DNA of 64,000 nucleotides from contig NMRA01000333.1 in NCBI GenBank assembly GCA_002633005.1, positions 186,001 to 250,000 of the forward strand, read 5' to 3'. Numbering within the stretch: position 1 is the first letter of the stretch; each line of letters starts with the position of its first letter. Below the pieces are notes generated by a model. The model made no database searches, was not told the origin of the DNA, and saw nothing but the letters and a program-made list of their open reading frames with translations. The stretch is from Phoronis australis. Taxonomy: Eukaryota > Animalia > Phoronida. Shown here one piece after another: positions 37,348-47,549 of this stretch. A program made the position numbers and the translations under genes.

Positions 37348-40300
37348 TTTCATGTACATGTTTGTGGTAGTAATTGAGATTTTTTGCCTTATGTCTGTTT
37401 ATGGTTCACGTTCATCATGGAAAACTGGAAAATGCTTTTGTTTTCACACGCTGACACCAAAAACTCCATGGCCTATTGAAGATGCATAAAATTTCATGGA
37501 AAACCTATTTAAGTTTCATAAACAATGAGAGGTAAATGTCAATTTGTGAGTCATATTGCAGTTCATGCGTTCAGGTAGACTTGGGAATTGTCATGAGCAC
37601 AATTGTGACCTGTTTTTTGGAGTGAAAACTTTATGGAACTTTATGGAAAATGAATACGCAGTATGGCTGCACTTGGTTGACTTTATCAGTTCTGCCAGGT
37701 CAGCTGACTAAAACATCGTCTTTCGTGCCTCTTCTTCCCCTCAATTCTCGCCCCTCCCTTCCTCAGCCCTGCAATATACTTAACAGAACATTAACATTCA
37801 GTATTTAAGTGACAGTAAACCTAATGTATGTGGCTCCCCCTTTAGGTTGGCTTAGAGTTGGCCCACCTCTACTTGCTGACAGAAGATCTTGACGGATGTC
37901 AACACCAACTGATGAATCTGTTGAAGACTGACACAGAGAACGACGCTGCTACTGTCGTAAGGTTTTCTAAAACTTGTTGAAACTTGTGCAGTGTCGTTGT
38001 TTAATTTTGCAACAGTAATGCTCAGGTGGATTATTTTAATCATTCAGGGCTCTGATATCCACTAATTCAGAGGGTATAATAAATGAAATATCTCAGCCGG
38101 GACCATAAACCCTTTGTTAAGCTGTGTCTAATTACACAGTCCAACTGGGACAAAGTGCTGGGTTCACAAAGAACTACTTTCACTGACCTTGCATGTCTGT
38201 TTCAAAAAGCCTATTGTGTGTGAGTGACGCCCATTTTACAACCATCTGCAAAATTCTAAGCCACTATGCGGACTAGTTAACCATCCAAGCCCCAAAAGAT
38301 GTGAAAATCTCTTTTATTTGTCTTATAGATGATGGCTGATCTGATGTTCCGCAGGAATGACTACGACTCGGCCATGTTTCACTTTCAGCAGTTGTTAGAG
38401 AGAAAACCAGGTAAGATGTGTCGCCTGCTACTCTTTGTCTCAAACCTCCAGTAAACTGTTGTAAACAAATCAGTCACAGGCCTTGAACATAGTGTGGCAT
38501 CCAATCAACATGTCCTCTCTCTTAATGTTATGTAGGGCCCTATAAAGATAGTGAAATTTGGATTTATTCTGAACATCATACTTCAGAAATGGCTGATTGG
38601 AGTCATATGAAACTTTCACTGGTACTATGCTTTATCCATCGTTCTTAAAAATTCTTTTAGGTATTATTTTTAAAATATTCTCCTTTGGCATGATGGTCTA
38701 TAAAAATAGGACTTTTTTGATTTCCGTAAACAAATCTGACTTGTAAGTTGCATAAAATGAAAACGAAATGATATTAATTTGAAAATTGTAACAGCGTTTT
38801 CGATATCTTACGTTGAACAATTATATCAAATGAAATTTGGTCGTGTTGTGAAACCATTGTATTGCTATCAATCAATGTACCTTTCTTTCTTACCCAATTA
38901 GTAACAGTTTGTTAAAGAGTCATCATTCAAATTCTACAGAGACTTTTTTCTTTCCAAGATACTGAGTTAAAATCTAGTTTTCTTGATAATTTGCTAAATG
39001 CACAAAGTTGTCGATAAGGTCATGCAACTTTAATTGACTAATAATCTTCCTTTCGTCACAAAAACATACTTTTGATTTAGACCATACGCTGTTATCGAAT
39101 GGGTCTCAAAATTGTTTCGTAATAGTCTGTAATATTGCTTTCTTGGTCTTTGTAAACCTCTTGTAAAGAAAAGGAATTTTCTAAGTCTACTCATTTGTCA
39201 GTTACCTCAGGTCATATCTCCTGCACAGAAAATTGCTATTCATAGTCTGTGACTGTTAATTAGTAATTTGTATGTTGTGAACGTCTTTAAAAGGTGGCTT
39301 CAAAAATGCTACGCTTTGTGTTCTAGATCACTATTCAGCCATGAGTCGACTGATCGATTTGATGCGTAGGGCAGGTAAACTGGACGAAGTGCCCAAGTTC
39401 TTCCAACAAGCGGAAGACTCTTCACCTAAGACTGCTTTTGACTCTGGCTACCATTATTGCAAGGGACTATATGACTGGTGGGTTGGTTTTTGATACTTTT
39501 AAAAACGGTGACATTTTGGGTGCATCCCAGCATTAAGCTCATTAATAATTTAAAGGTATAGTGACAAGGGTAATCACTTAAAAGATTATAAATTTGGAAG
39601 ATGGATTTGGCAGACGAATCTCTGTAAATGAATCCAACAACTGGCAACGTCCTCTATATGGAGATGCTCTTGACCGGTTATGTGACATCATTACCAGACA
39701 GCCATTGTGAGCTAATAGGTGTATGCTGGTAAGTTCTCTTGATAATCATCTTGCAGTGCACTAGCCGGTTAGGTTTGTTCTGCTTTGCAAAGTCTGGGAT
39801 TGACCTGATCCTTTGTCTGGGACTGAATTCAAATTTGGAGTTATGTCCCTCGTAATGTGTTTTGTTGTACTATGAAGACTCCTCATTACAAATATTTGGA
39901 GTTATGTCCCTCGTAATGTGTGTGGTTGTACTATGAAGACTCCTCATTACAAATATTTGGAGTTATGTCCCTCGTAATGTGTGTGGTTGNTACTATGAAG
40001 ACTCCTCATTACAAATATTTGGAGTTATGTCCCTCGTAATGTGTGTGGTTGTACTATGAAGACTCTTCATTACATTCATCAGGTACTGTGGCAACCCCAA
40101 CAATGCGCTGAAATCCTTCAACAAAGCGCGACGTGATGTAGACCTCGGTCAGGACGCCTTGTGTAACATGATTGAAATCTGTCTCAACCCAGATAATGAC
40201 ACCATCGGGGGTGAAGTGTTTGAATCAGTTGAGCCAGACGCAGGGTAAGACATCTTGAGTAACGCACAGCAGTGAGTTTCTTGTAGTTCGGGGTTTTTAA

Positions 40301-43300
40301 GCCCTGGTGAAATTTGTTCCATATTTAATGAGAAGAGATTTTCTATGCCTTGTGGATAACTGTGAATCTGAACGCTTAGGGTAGTTAATGGTATCCTGAT
40401 GTTTGGGGCACCATATACAAAATTGATATATTTTGCATTGTATTTTGACTACTTCGGGAGCAAGTTTTCGGTTATACAGAATTTGTTAAATGCACGACAC
40501 TTTTCATTGTTCACAGTCAGTAAATGTCATGTACTGTATCTATGTTCAGTTGAGAGTAGAGTTTTGTTCTGAAAGTATGAACGCAACGGAATAAAGACTG
40601 TGAACAATGAAAAGTGTCGTACATTTAACAAATTCTGCATTATATTTTACAAATAATTATCAAGGCACAAAAATTGCAGTGTGTGTGATGGAGGTGCCAA
40701 TAATTTTATTTTCTATGCGTGTTTTTACGGCTGATTGATGTGATTTACAAATTTCAGTGGAGCCAAAGCAGAGGGGGAACAGCTAGCTGTTAGAACAGCC
40801 GAGAAGCTGTTGAAAGAGTTGAAGCCAGAGCCCGGTGACCTTCGACCCCGTTTGCTAGAGAATATGATGCTGATTGCCACCAAGTCCAAGTCTAATATCG
40901 AGAAAGCTCTCTCATCTTTCATGGAAATTGCGTCGACAGAGGTACGCAACTAAGTTATCATGAATCTCACCGAGAAAACCTTGTGACAGTATCTTTTAAC
41001 AGTTGCACATCTTTTAGTAACCTAGTTCATTTGCAGGATTCGTTTTAGAAAAATTCTGTTATGTTCAATTTCTCAAAAGCACCTGTCTGAATTAATAGTT
41101 GGTCAGTTTATGGATGCCTGAATAAAATATGAAATGCTTAGTCATCAAAATGTACCCGATGTTGCGGCTCACACTCCAAAACTGAATGCAGATTTACTGC
41201 TTAAAATAAACTTGACGTGCTTTATTCTATGAGAAAACATGTTGATGGAAGTCAATTTTTTATTAAAAACATCATAAAATAATTGCATTGGAAACACTCA
41301 ACAATTGGTCTTAACCTGCAGAGTTTTGGCACTTCCATTTCATGTTCAAATGAAGCTATTAACCTCACTAGATGTGTGCATGATGTAAGTTATATAGTCA
41401 CGTGGTAGTCTTTTTCCTTGAATTCATGGAACTGTATTTTCTCTCGACTGCACTCTGTCATTGTAATACACACTTGCAGAAAGAACACGTGGGCGCCCTC
41501 TATGGTATGGCGGCAGCATACATGGTCCTGAAGCAGACGCCTCGTGCGCGAAATCAATTGAAGCGAGTGTCAAAGAACACTTGGAACATGCAGGACGCGG
41601 AGGATTTAGAAAAGAGTTGGCTGCTGTTGGCAGATATTTACATCCAGGTGTGTGGGAAATGAAAGTCTGGTTTGGTCAGTATGTGGAAGGCTGTTATGTT
41701 CAATTCAATACTGATAATATTTATAAAATGAGTGCCTTCTTTTTGTCATTATACAAGATTGGGGGCAGAAAGCTATTCATCAATATGTTGGTGAGATAAT
41801 TGGCTGCTAAATACAAGCATTCTATTGGTGGAGCCATCTTGTGGACCTGAAATTTCTAATTGGCTACTAGATGCATGCACGTGTTAAATGAAAGGATGGT
41901 TGCTAGTTGGATACAGTTTTGCGCAAGATTAAATTATGGTTGCATTGGCGCTCTTCATGTCCAAGATTGTGTTTGAGTTTAGGAAATGTTAGCTTTTATA
42001 GGATGAGATAATATATAGTGGTTGTGAATGCTGAAGCACAGGATTCGATTAGGATCACGGATTTGAAGCTTGTTTTTGATTTTTTTATAACATACATCGT
42101 GTAATGTGAAGTGTTATAACTGCCTTGCATTCCATGATTACTAAAATCATGTCGAATGTCACATAAGGTTCTCAATCTGGCCACTCTCTGTCCTTTGATT
42201 TGGGTCACGTGACCCTCGCGTGATATCCAACATGATTTTAGTAGTGATATCATTGCAAGGCAATTATAGTGTCTTTGCAAGTATATGGGAGGTATGCTGA
42301 TTGAGACAAGACCTGCGACCAGGATTCAATGTTTTTATGTCCAGGTTTTTGTAGTATGAAATAGAGTGCTTGTGGTACCTGGTTCTTATATCCAGGTTAT
42401 AATTGGAATGGTTCACTTTACTTTTATTTATTTACAAATTGTTATTTGGTCACTCATAAACATATAATTGCTTTTTTAGCTACTTTTGAATAATTTAAGA
42501 TTAATTTGTATATACAATTACTAAAATCCATATTTTACTGCCTATCATGTCACTGCCCTGATGTGAACTCCATCAATATGAACAGGCAATTTTCCTTTCA
42601 TTTGGTATTCATTTCTGTCTAATCATCATTTCCTACAGTCTGGCAAGTTCGACATTGCCACGGAGTTGCTGAAGCGCATACTACAGTACAACAAGTCGTG
42701 CTGCAAGGCGTATGAATACATGGGCTTCATCATGGAGAAGGAACAGTCATACAAGGATGCGGCCAAGTGTTACGAGAATGCTTGGAAGTATGGCAACAAG
42801 AATAATCCCAACATTGGTGAGTGAGGACCTTCCTTCTCTCTGGGCGGGGCGGGGGAGGGGCTAGATGGTGTGATATCTATGTGTTTAGGCAAGTAAACTT
42901 GATTTGATTGTGTAACAGGGGCGTAGTTTAGTGGCACACGAGCTTAAATCTCACAGTGCGAGTGTTGAAGGACATGAAAGGCGTGGCAATAGACAATCAG
43001 AGACTGTGGAAGAACCTTGGGGGAGTTTCACTATTTCTTGTAAGCGCTTAAAAGAGTACTTCCTCCTTACATCTAAACATGGTCAACAGATAAAATCGTC
43101 TCAAATATTTCCTCTTCGTCATGGCAATCAGTTTCTTCCATCAAAACGTGTCAATAGACCATCCCACTCAAAATTAAGTGGTATACCCTTGAAAATATTG
43201 GCCAATTCCATCAAAATTCATTCTACTTTCACATCCTTATTTTATTATTTACTAGTGTGAAACAGTGTTCATTGTAGCATAGCAACGTTTGAAACTTACT

Positions 43301-44357
43301 TTGTGAAGCTGCCTCCCATGGTTTTTAATTTGCATTTTGGACAAAATGGGAAAAAGGAATGTAGTTCTTTTATGTAAGCAGAGTTCAAATTTGAACGTTT
43401 TTGTCGCCATGGTGCCATTTCATTGTCATGGGCGATAATTTCACAGTGCACTCATGAAGTCGGATGCACACACTCATTGAAACTCATTTTCCCATGCTCT
43501 TTACTTCTGATAACCATAAAAGCAAAAATCAGACTAACCCATTTGAATAGGCAAAATGGTGTTACTGTGTTGTCATCCTCCTCAGAAATCATGCATTTCT
43601 TCATTTTCAAATGATGTGGGTGCTTTTGGAAACACTGTCTTTTTACAATGAAGTGCATAATTCACACAATTAAAAACATTTCATCATCATCATGCATAAT
43701 GTCTTTATTCCAGGATACAAGTTGGCCTTCAACTTCTTAAAAGCTCGTCGATTTGTTGACGCTATTGACATATGCCACCACGTAAGTCATCCTCTTCCTT
43801 AAGTGCCAAAATTCAACATTTGAGTCTTGCTTCAGTGGATTGAATACATTGTTTTAGCTGCTCTTACCATCATGATCTTTTCGTTGACCATTTTAAGGTT
43901 AGAAAAAACCAATAAGAGTTCTCCTGAACCTTCTTGCTGCCCAAGATGTTACAAGACTTAATATAAGTAATCGGGCAAAATACTGTTTCTCGTGACTGCT
44001 TAAAGTTATGTTTACAGCCATTATTGCTGGTGGCAACTTTTAGAGCACCTTATTATTAATTTAGTTCATTCTTGGTCGTGAGGGAAGTCTACTGTTGACG
44101 GTGAATTCAGTTTCCACCCAGCCGTAGTTACAAGAAATTTTGGTCATTTTGCCCGAATGCTTTTGGCATATACTGTATCCTACATCTTGTGGTTGTGCTG
44201 CTTGGATGACCGGTATCCAACAATCCTAAGTGTAAGCTGTAACGCCATCTGTAGGTCATTAATTTCTGCTTCACTACAGGTGCTGTCTAACCACCCAAAC
44301 TATCCCAAAATCAAGAAGGACATTCTGGATAAGTCTCGGGCACAGTTGAGAGCTTAA
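22260..44357 (+). CDS. TTC21B: Tetratricopeptide repeat protein 21B / IFT139 (IFT-A complex subunit), complete, 29 coding exons
   Basis: Hand-assembled GT-AG exons: 22260-22286, 22858-22987, 24086-24196, 24799-24863, 25415-25605, 26204-26401, 26639-26723, 27097-27195, 27616-27808, 28288-28385, 28879-29079, 29702-29831, 30829-30986, 31609-31726, 33113-33219, 33831-34069, 34580-34763, 35339-35477, 36229-36421, 37165-37267, 37846-37956, 38329-38410, 39327-39477, 40083-40244, 40758-40941, 41480-41647, 42639-42816, 43714-43781, 44280-44357. They sum to 3951 nt (1316 aa + stop). The N-terminus [44 protein letters not shown] and the C-terminal [13 protein letters not shown]...[17 protein letters not shown]...[20 protein letters not shown] match vertebrate TTC21B as I recall it. 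TPR-like helices occur throughout. Confidence 0.96.
23399..23412. promoter_or_regulatory. RFX X-box-like motif in TTC21B intron 2
   Basis: GTTGTCATGGGAAC fits GTHNYYATRRNAAC. A second near-match, GTTACCTTGGTAGC, lies at 23278-23291. Confidence 0.4.
29207..29410 (+). mobile_element. Dispersed ~210-225 bp repeat family, copy 3 (more diverged)
   Basis: Has the same conserved blocks. The ends ggggtaa...ttacacccc suggest short TIRs. Confidence 0.55.
29561..29605 (+). ncRNA. Minimal type I hammerhead ribozyme-like motif (Penelope-like element type)
   Basis: agtgcc CCGACGA a GAGCCT acgac AGGCTC GAAA gc TA ggctct. It has a CUGANGA-like core (U4 changed to C), a perfect 6-bp stem II, GAAA, a short palindromic stem III (AGCT), a UH site (UA) and stem I agtgcc/ggctct (5 of 6 pairs). 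Confidence 0.6.
32843..33062 (+). repeat. Degenerate tandem repeat, ~75-bp unit, 3 copies
   Basis: Recurrent tga(g/a)ctcaaac..tgatgagat...tgtctc...agagatg..gtccca. Confidence 0.75.
35643..35854 (+). repeat. Minisatellite, 31-bp unit, ~6.8 copies
   Basis: Unit attgttg(c/t)ttgcaaagtctgtgccaggttac. It explains the three overlapping repetitive ORFs in the ORF track. Confidence 0.95.
37272..37346 (+). repeat. (GT)n microsatellite, ~37 units
   Basis: Uninterrupted GT run starting a few bases into TTC21B intron 20. Confidence 0.97.
38072..38282 (+). mobile_element. Dispersed ~210-225 bp repeat family, copy 1
   Basis: Shares ccataaaccc, actgaccttgcatgt...ttcaaaa and aaaattctaagccacta blocks with 29207-29410 (+) and 48641-48864 (-). 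Confidence 0.7.
39834..40073 (+). repeat. Minisatellite, 61-bp unit, ~4 copies (contains an N at 39990)
   Basis: Unit atttggagttatgtccctcgtaatgtgtgtggttgtactatgaagactcctcattacaaat, ending 9 nt before TTC21B exon 24 starts at 40083. Confidence 0.93.
40477..40637. repeat. Inverted repeat, 42-bp arms with a 77-bp spacer (MITE-like)
   Basis: cagaatttgttaaatgcacgacacttttcattgttcacagtc versus gactgtgaacaatgaaaagtgtcgtacatttaacaaattctg (one mismatch). Confidence 0.8.
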
Positions 44358-44514
44358 TGGATGGTCCACCCACGCAATGAAGACGTACTTGGAGGCTATT
44401 GTGTCAGTTGTCTTACCTTAACCAGTACCTATTGTTATTACTGCCGGAAATTTTATTTGTGTATAGTTAACTTATGCATTGCATTTTTGTGTCTGTGATT
44501 CATGCATTTATTTT

Positions 44515-44520
44515 AATAAA
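44515..44520 (+). terminator. Candidate polyadenylation signal of TTC21B
   Basis: AATAAA about 160 nt after the stop codon, followed by GT-rich sequence. Confidence 0.45.
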
Positions 44521-45639
44521 TTATGATAAAGTGTAAAGTGTTGTCACATGCTCCAACCCCCCCCCCCCTGAGTCTTAAGACACTGTACACCCAACATCTG
44601 TAGTAGTTTTCAGTGAGACTGGTATGGCTCTTTCCTTGAGAAGTAACAAGTGTTTTCTAAACAAAAATGGAATTGATTTATATCGATTTATATTGATTTA
44701 GCATTAGATGAAGAGCTATGCACAAATTTTAAGCGTTTTCACAAAAATGGCCGTCCAATGACTTGCTTTAATGTGACGTCATTTTGATGTTGGATCTTGT
44801 CAAATAAAATTAAAATTAAAACCAAATAATTTGGCCTGTTTCACGTAGCACTATGAATTATTAAGCACTCTAAAAATTTTTGCCTGGTCTAAATCCTCAA
44901 CTCTCCGAAGCATACCACAGTTGCATACAATTTGTGCATACCATTGGTGCATACAATTAGTGCAAACGTTGTCAAATCACACAGATTAATCCAAACACAT
45001 AATTTTGTACACATTTCAAGTGCTAAATTGCAACACTGTGCATTGCTGTTCCTTTTTGTGGGTCCAAATAGCATCATTAATGGTAGCAAATACATCAATA
45101 CTAAACATACGAATTGTGCGACGTTTTTAAGCAGTCATCTGGTATTCACTAAGTAATACAATACTCAGCAAACTAAAGGGTTTGAAAATGTCGTTTTAAA
45201 GGAACATAGAACAACATGTGTCCAATTATGAAGTGGACAGTTTACTGCACGTCTTGCATATCAGGGATTGTCCAGTTTTCAAAATTGTAACTGTGAAGTG
45301 GACTATTATTCGAATACTCATCGTTTCAAATCTGCTAATTTTCAAAAAAGTTAACCAGATTTCTTTTCGTCAAAAATCATCAAACAAAATTTGCTGGCTA
45401 ATTTTCAAATGTTTTTGTGTTTTCCTTCCAGGTTTTCACTAAATCTAAACCGAAGCCAGACAAATTTTTCATGCAATTTGTCAATTTTAGTGGAAAAACT
45501 AGTGTTGACAGCACTGTTGTCCTAGTGCCTGCATCTCCATGAAAGCGCTCTTACTCTTTTAATTAGGTCGTCCCTCGAGGCAGTTCAGTAATGACCTGAA
45601 TCTATATATTTTTAAAGGAACTTCAGAATCCATTAACGG

Positions 45640-45745
45640 CTTGACAAGTGATTTTCCGAGACCAGCCTCAGTGTGGACTCAAACCTACAACCCCCGGCCT
45701 GTGGTTGCAGTCAAATCCTATACTGGTTTAATAGCTAAATCTCAC
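45640..45745 (-). mobile_element. Possible tRNA-derived SINE head remnant
   Basis: The minus strand reads ccgggggttgtaGGTTTGAGTCCacac, a T-arm/B-box-like context. The A box is degenerate. Confidence 0.3.
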
Positions 45746-47390
45746 CCATTAAGAGGTTATGTGTCTTAAGCATAATTAAGTGAACAGTAAAGACACCAGC
45801 TTAGAATTCGTTAAATGTCTTTTAGACAATGGTAAAATAGGCTATTTGCAATAGAATTACAAAAACAACAGATTTGGTTGTGCCATAGCTCTGGTCAAAC
45901 TAATTACTTCAAGAAGTCTAGACCATCCAGCAACCCCAAAAATACATTTTTGAGCAATAAAACCAGTTATGCACTCAAAACAGCACTTGCAAGCCAGCAA
46001 ATACAACGTGCGTGTGGAGAATATTGAATGGCATTATGATAATTTAGCACACATCATGGCGGACAAGTGAAATTTAGTTTAAAAATTGTAAAATTTTTCC
46101 ACAAAAACAGATTAAAAAATTTAGTGTATTGCCTGGTTTGCACTGCATTGACGCGATAAAAAAACATTTGGTAAAGTTCGCTTGTCAGTCATATTTGCAA
46201 AAAGATATAGTTTTTGAAAAGTGCCAATATTTTAAACAAAATATGTGCAGAAGTACTGTACACTCCAGTGTTCATAAAGCAGCTACCCAGTATTTAGGCC
46301 TATTTCCTCTAAACGCACCATTATTTCATCAACCACAGTGAGACTAAATACACACTTCCTTTTAACAACTCTTCAGGTTCAAGGCCAAAGTCAAGGATAT
46401 TTATATCGGGTCATCACACCCTAAATCATCCATAGTTTTATTTTTAGTCCTTAAATAAGTCCAGCGTCGAAGGAAATTAGTAAGAATGAGATATTTTTCA
46501 TGTAATACTTCCTTGATACTTATTTTTACAAGTCACGAAATATCAGTTTGAACACACGAGACATGTTGATGTATGTCGAGAATGTAATGCATGCATGATT
46601 CGAGTATGTCAGGGGAGTCTTAACATGCATTCAATTACTGTGAAGCCCATTACTTGTCTCATGGGATAGAAGGAGTTAATTACTGTTGAATAAGTCCACA
46701 GACTAGCAATAATATAGACAGTGTTACCAAAAATGTACTGAATTGAGAATTGAAAACTTGCTGGATGTGATGTGGTTCCCAAATGTACCTTTTTCTTATA
46801 ATAATGCATTTTGTATTTTTGTGAAAAACAAAATGCAATAGGATGAATATGGGTACTGGCTTCTTACCTGTTTTCTAAGGTATGTCATCTTATTGGCCGC
46901 TATGCCGGCACACTTGCTAGAAACTGAACCGGCATTGGAAGAGAGTGGTGCCCCCTTTAAGAATTTCATGGAGAAATACAGAAGTTGTCTATGATCTATG
47001 GTGTAACTCATTGAATGTATGAACTTTTGATTTGTCTGGAGTCGTTTTACAATCATCTTTGGAAAATTTCCACAAGTTTTACCGAGGCTTTGATTTTCTT
47101 CCCTCCTTTCCATGAGTCTTCTACTATTTTTCAATATTTCCAGATCATTCATAAGTAACATGTGTCAAAAGGTCGATAACTAGTAAATTATAAACCAAAA
47201 GAATGCTGGAAACTCTTTGAAATATTTCTCCCGATGTTGCAGAGGCATACTTACCCCTGCACGGCACAGGAATCAGTCAACAATCTCCAATAGGTGGCTC
47301 TCCAACATCAGGAGAAATATCAACGGGGTGTGCACATGAAGTAGATCAACTGGAAGAATGAGAGTGCGCATCACCTGGTCTATAAAATTG

Positions 47391-47396
47391 TTTATT
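47391..47396 (-). terminator. Candidate polyadenylation signal of TIMELESS
   Basis: TTTATT on + (AATAAA on -) about 155 nt downstream of the TAG at 47550. Confidence 0.4.
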
Positions 47397-47549
47397 ACAC
47401 AAAGTACATGCCTCATCAAGTATGGCAGAAACAAAAAGCATTAACAGATTGAGTAACAAATGACTCGGAACTGTGATCAAGTAACGGATATTTCACAAGT
47501 AAAATCTCAGACTAATATGTTGCTAGTCTACAAAGTGAACTTTCATGTT

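Noticed and set aside
37124-37489. 121-aa ORF with a VCVCVC run
   Set aside because: It is TTC21B exon 20 reading through into the (GT)n microsatellite.
39834-40073. 61-bp periodic array with CRISPR-like period
   Set aside because: The whole unit repeats with no variable spacer, and there are no cas genes; it is a minisatellite.
47247-47270. ATACTTACC resembling the U1 snRNA 5' end
   Set aside because: The sequence after it does not follow U1 (no CTGGCAGGGG or stem-loops); it is the reverse complement of a 5' splice-site word.
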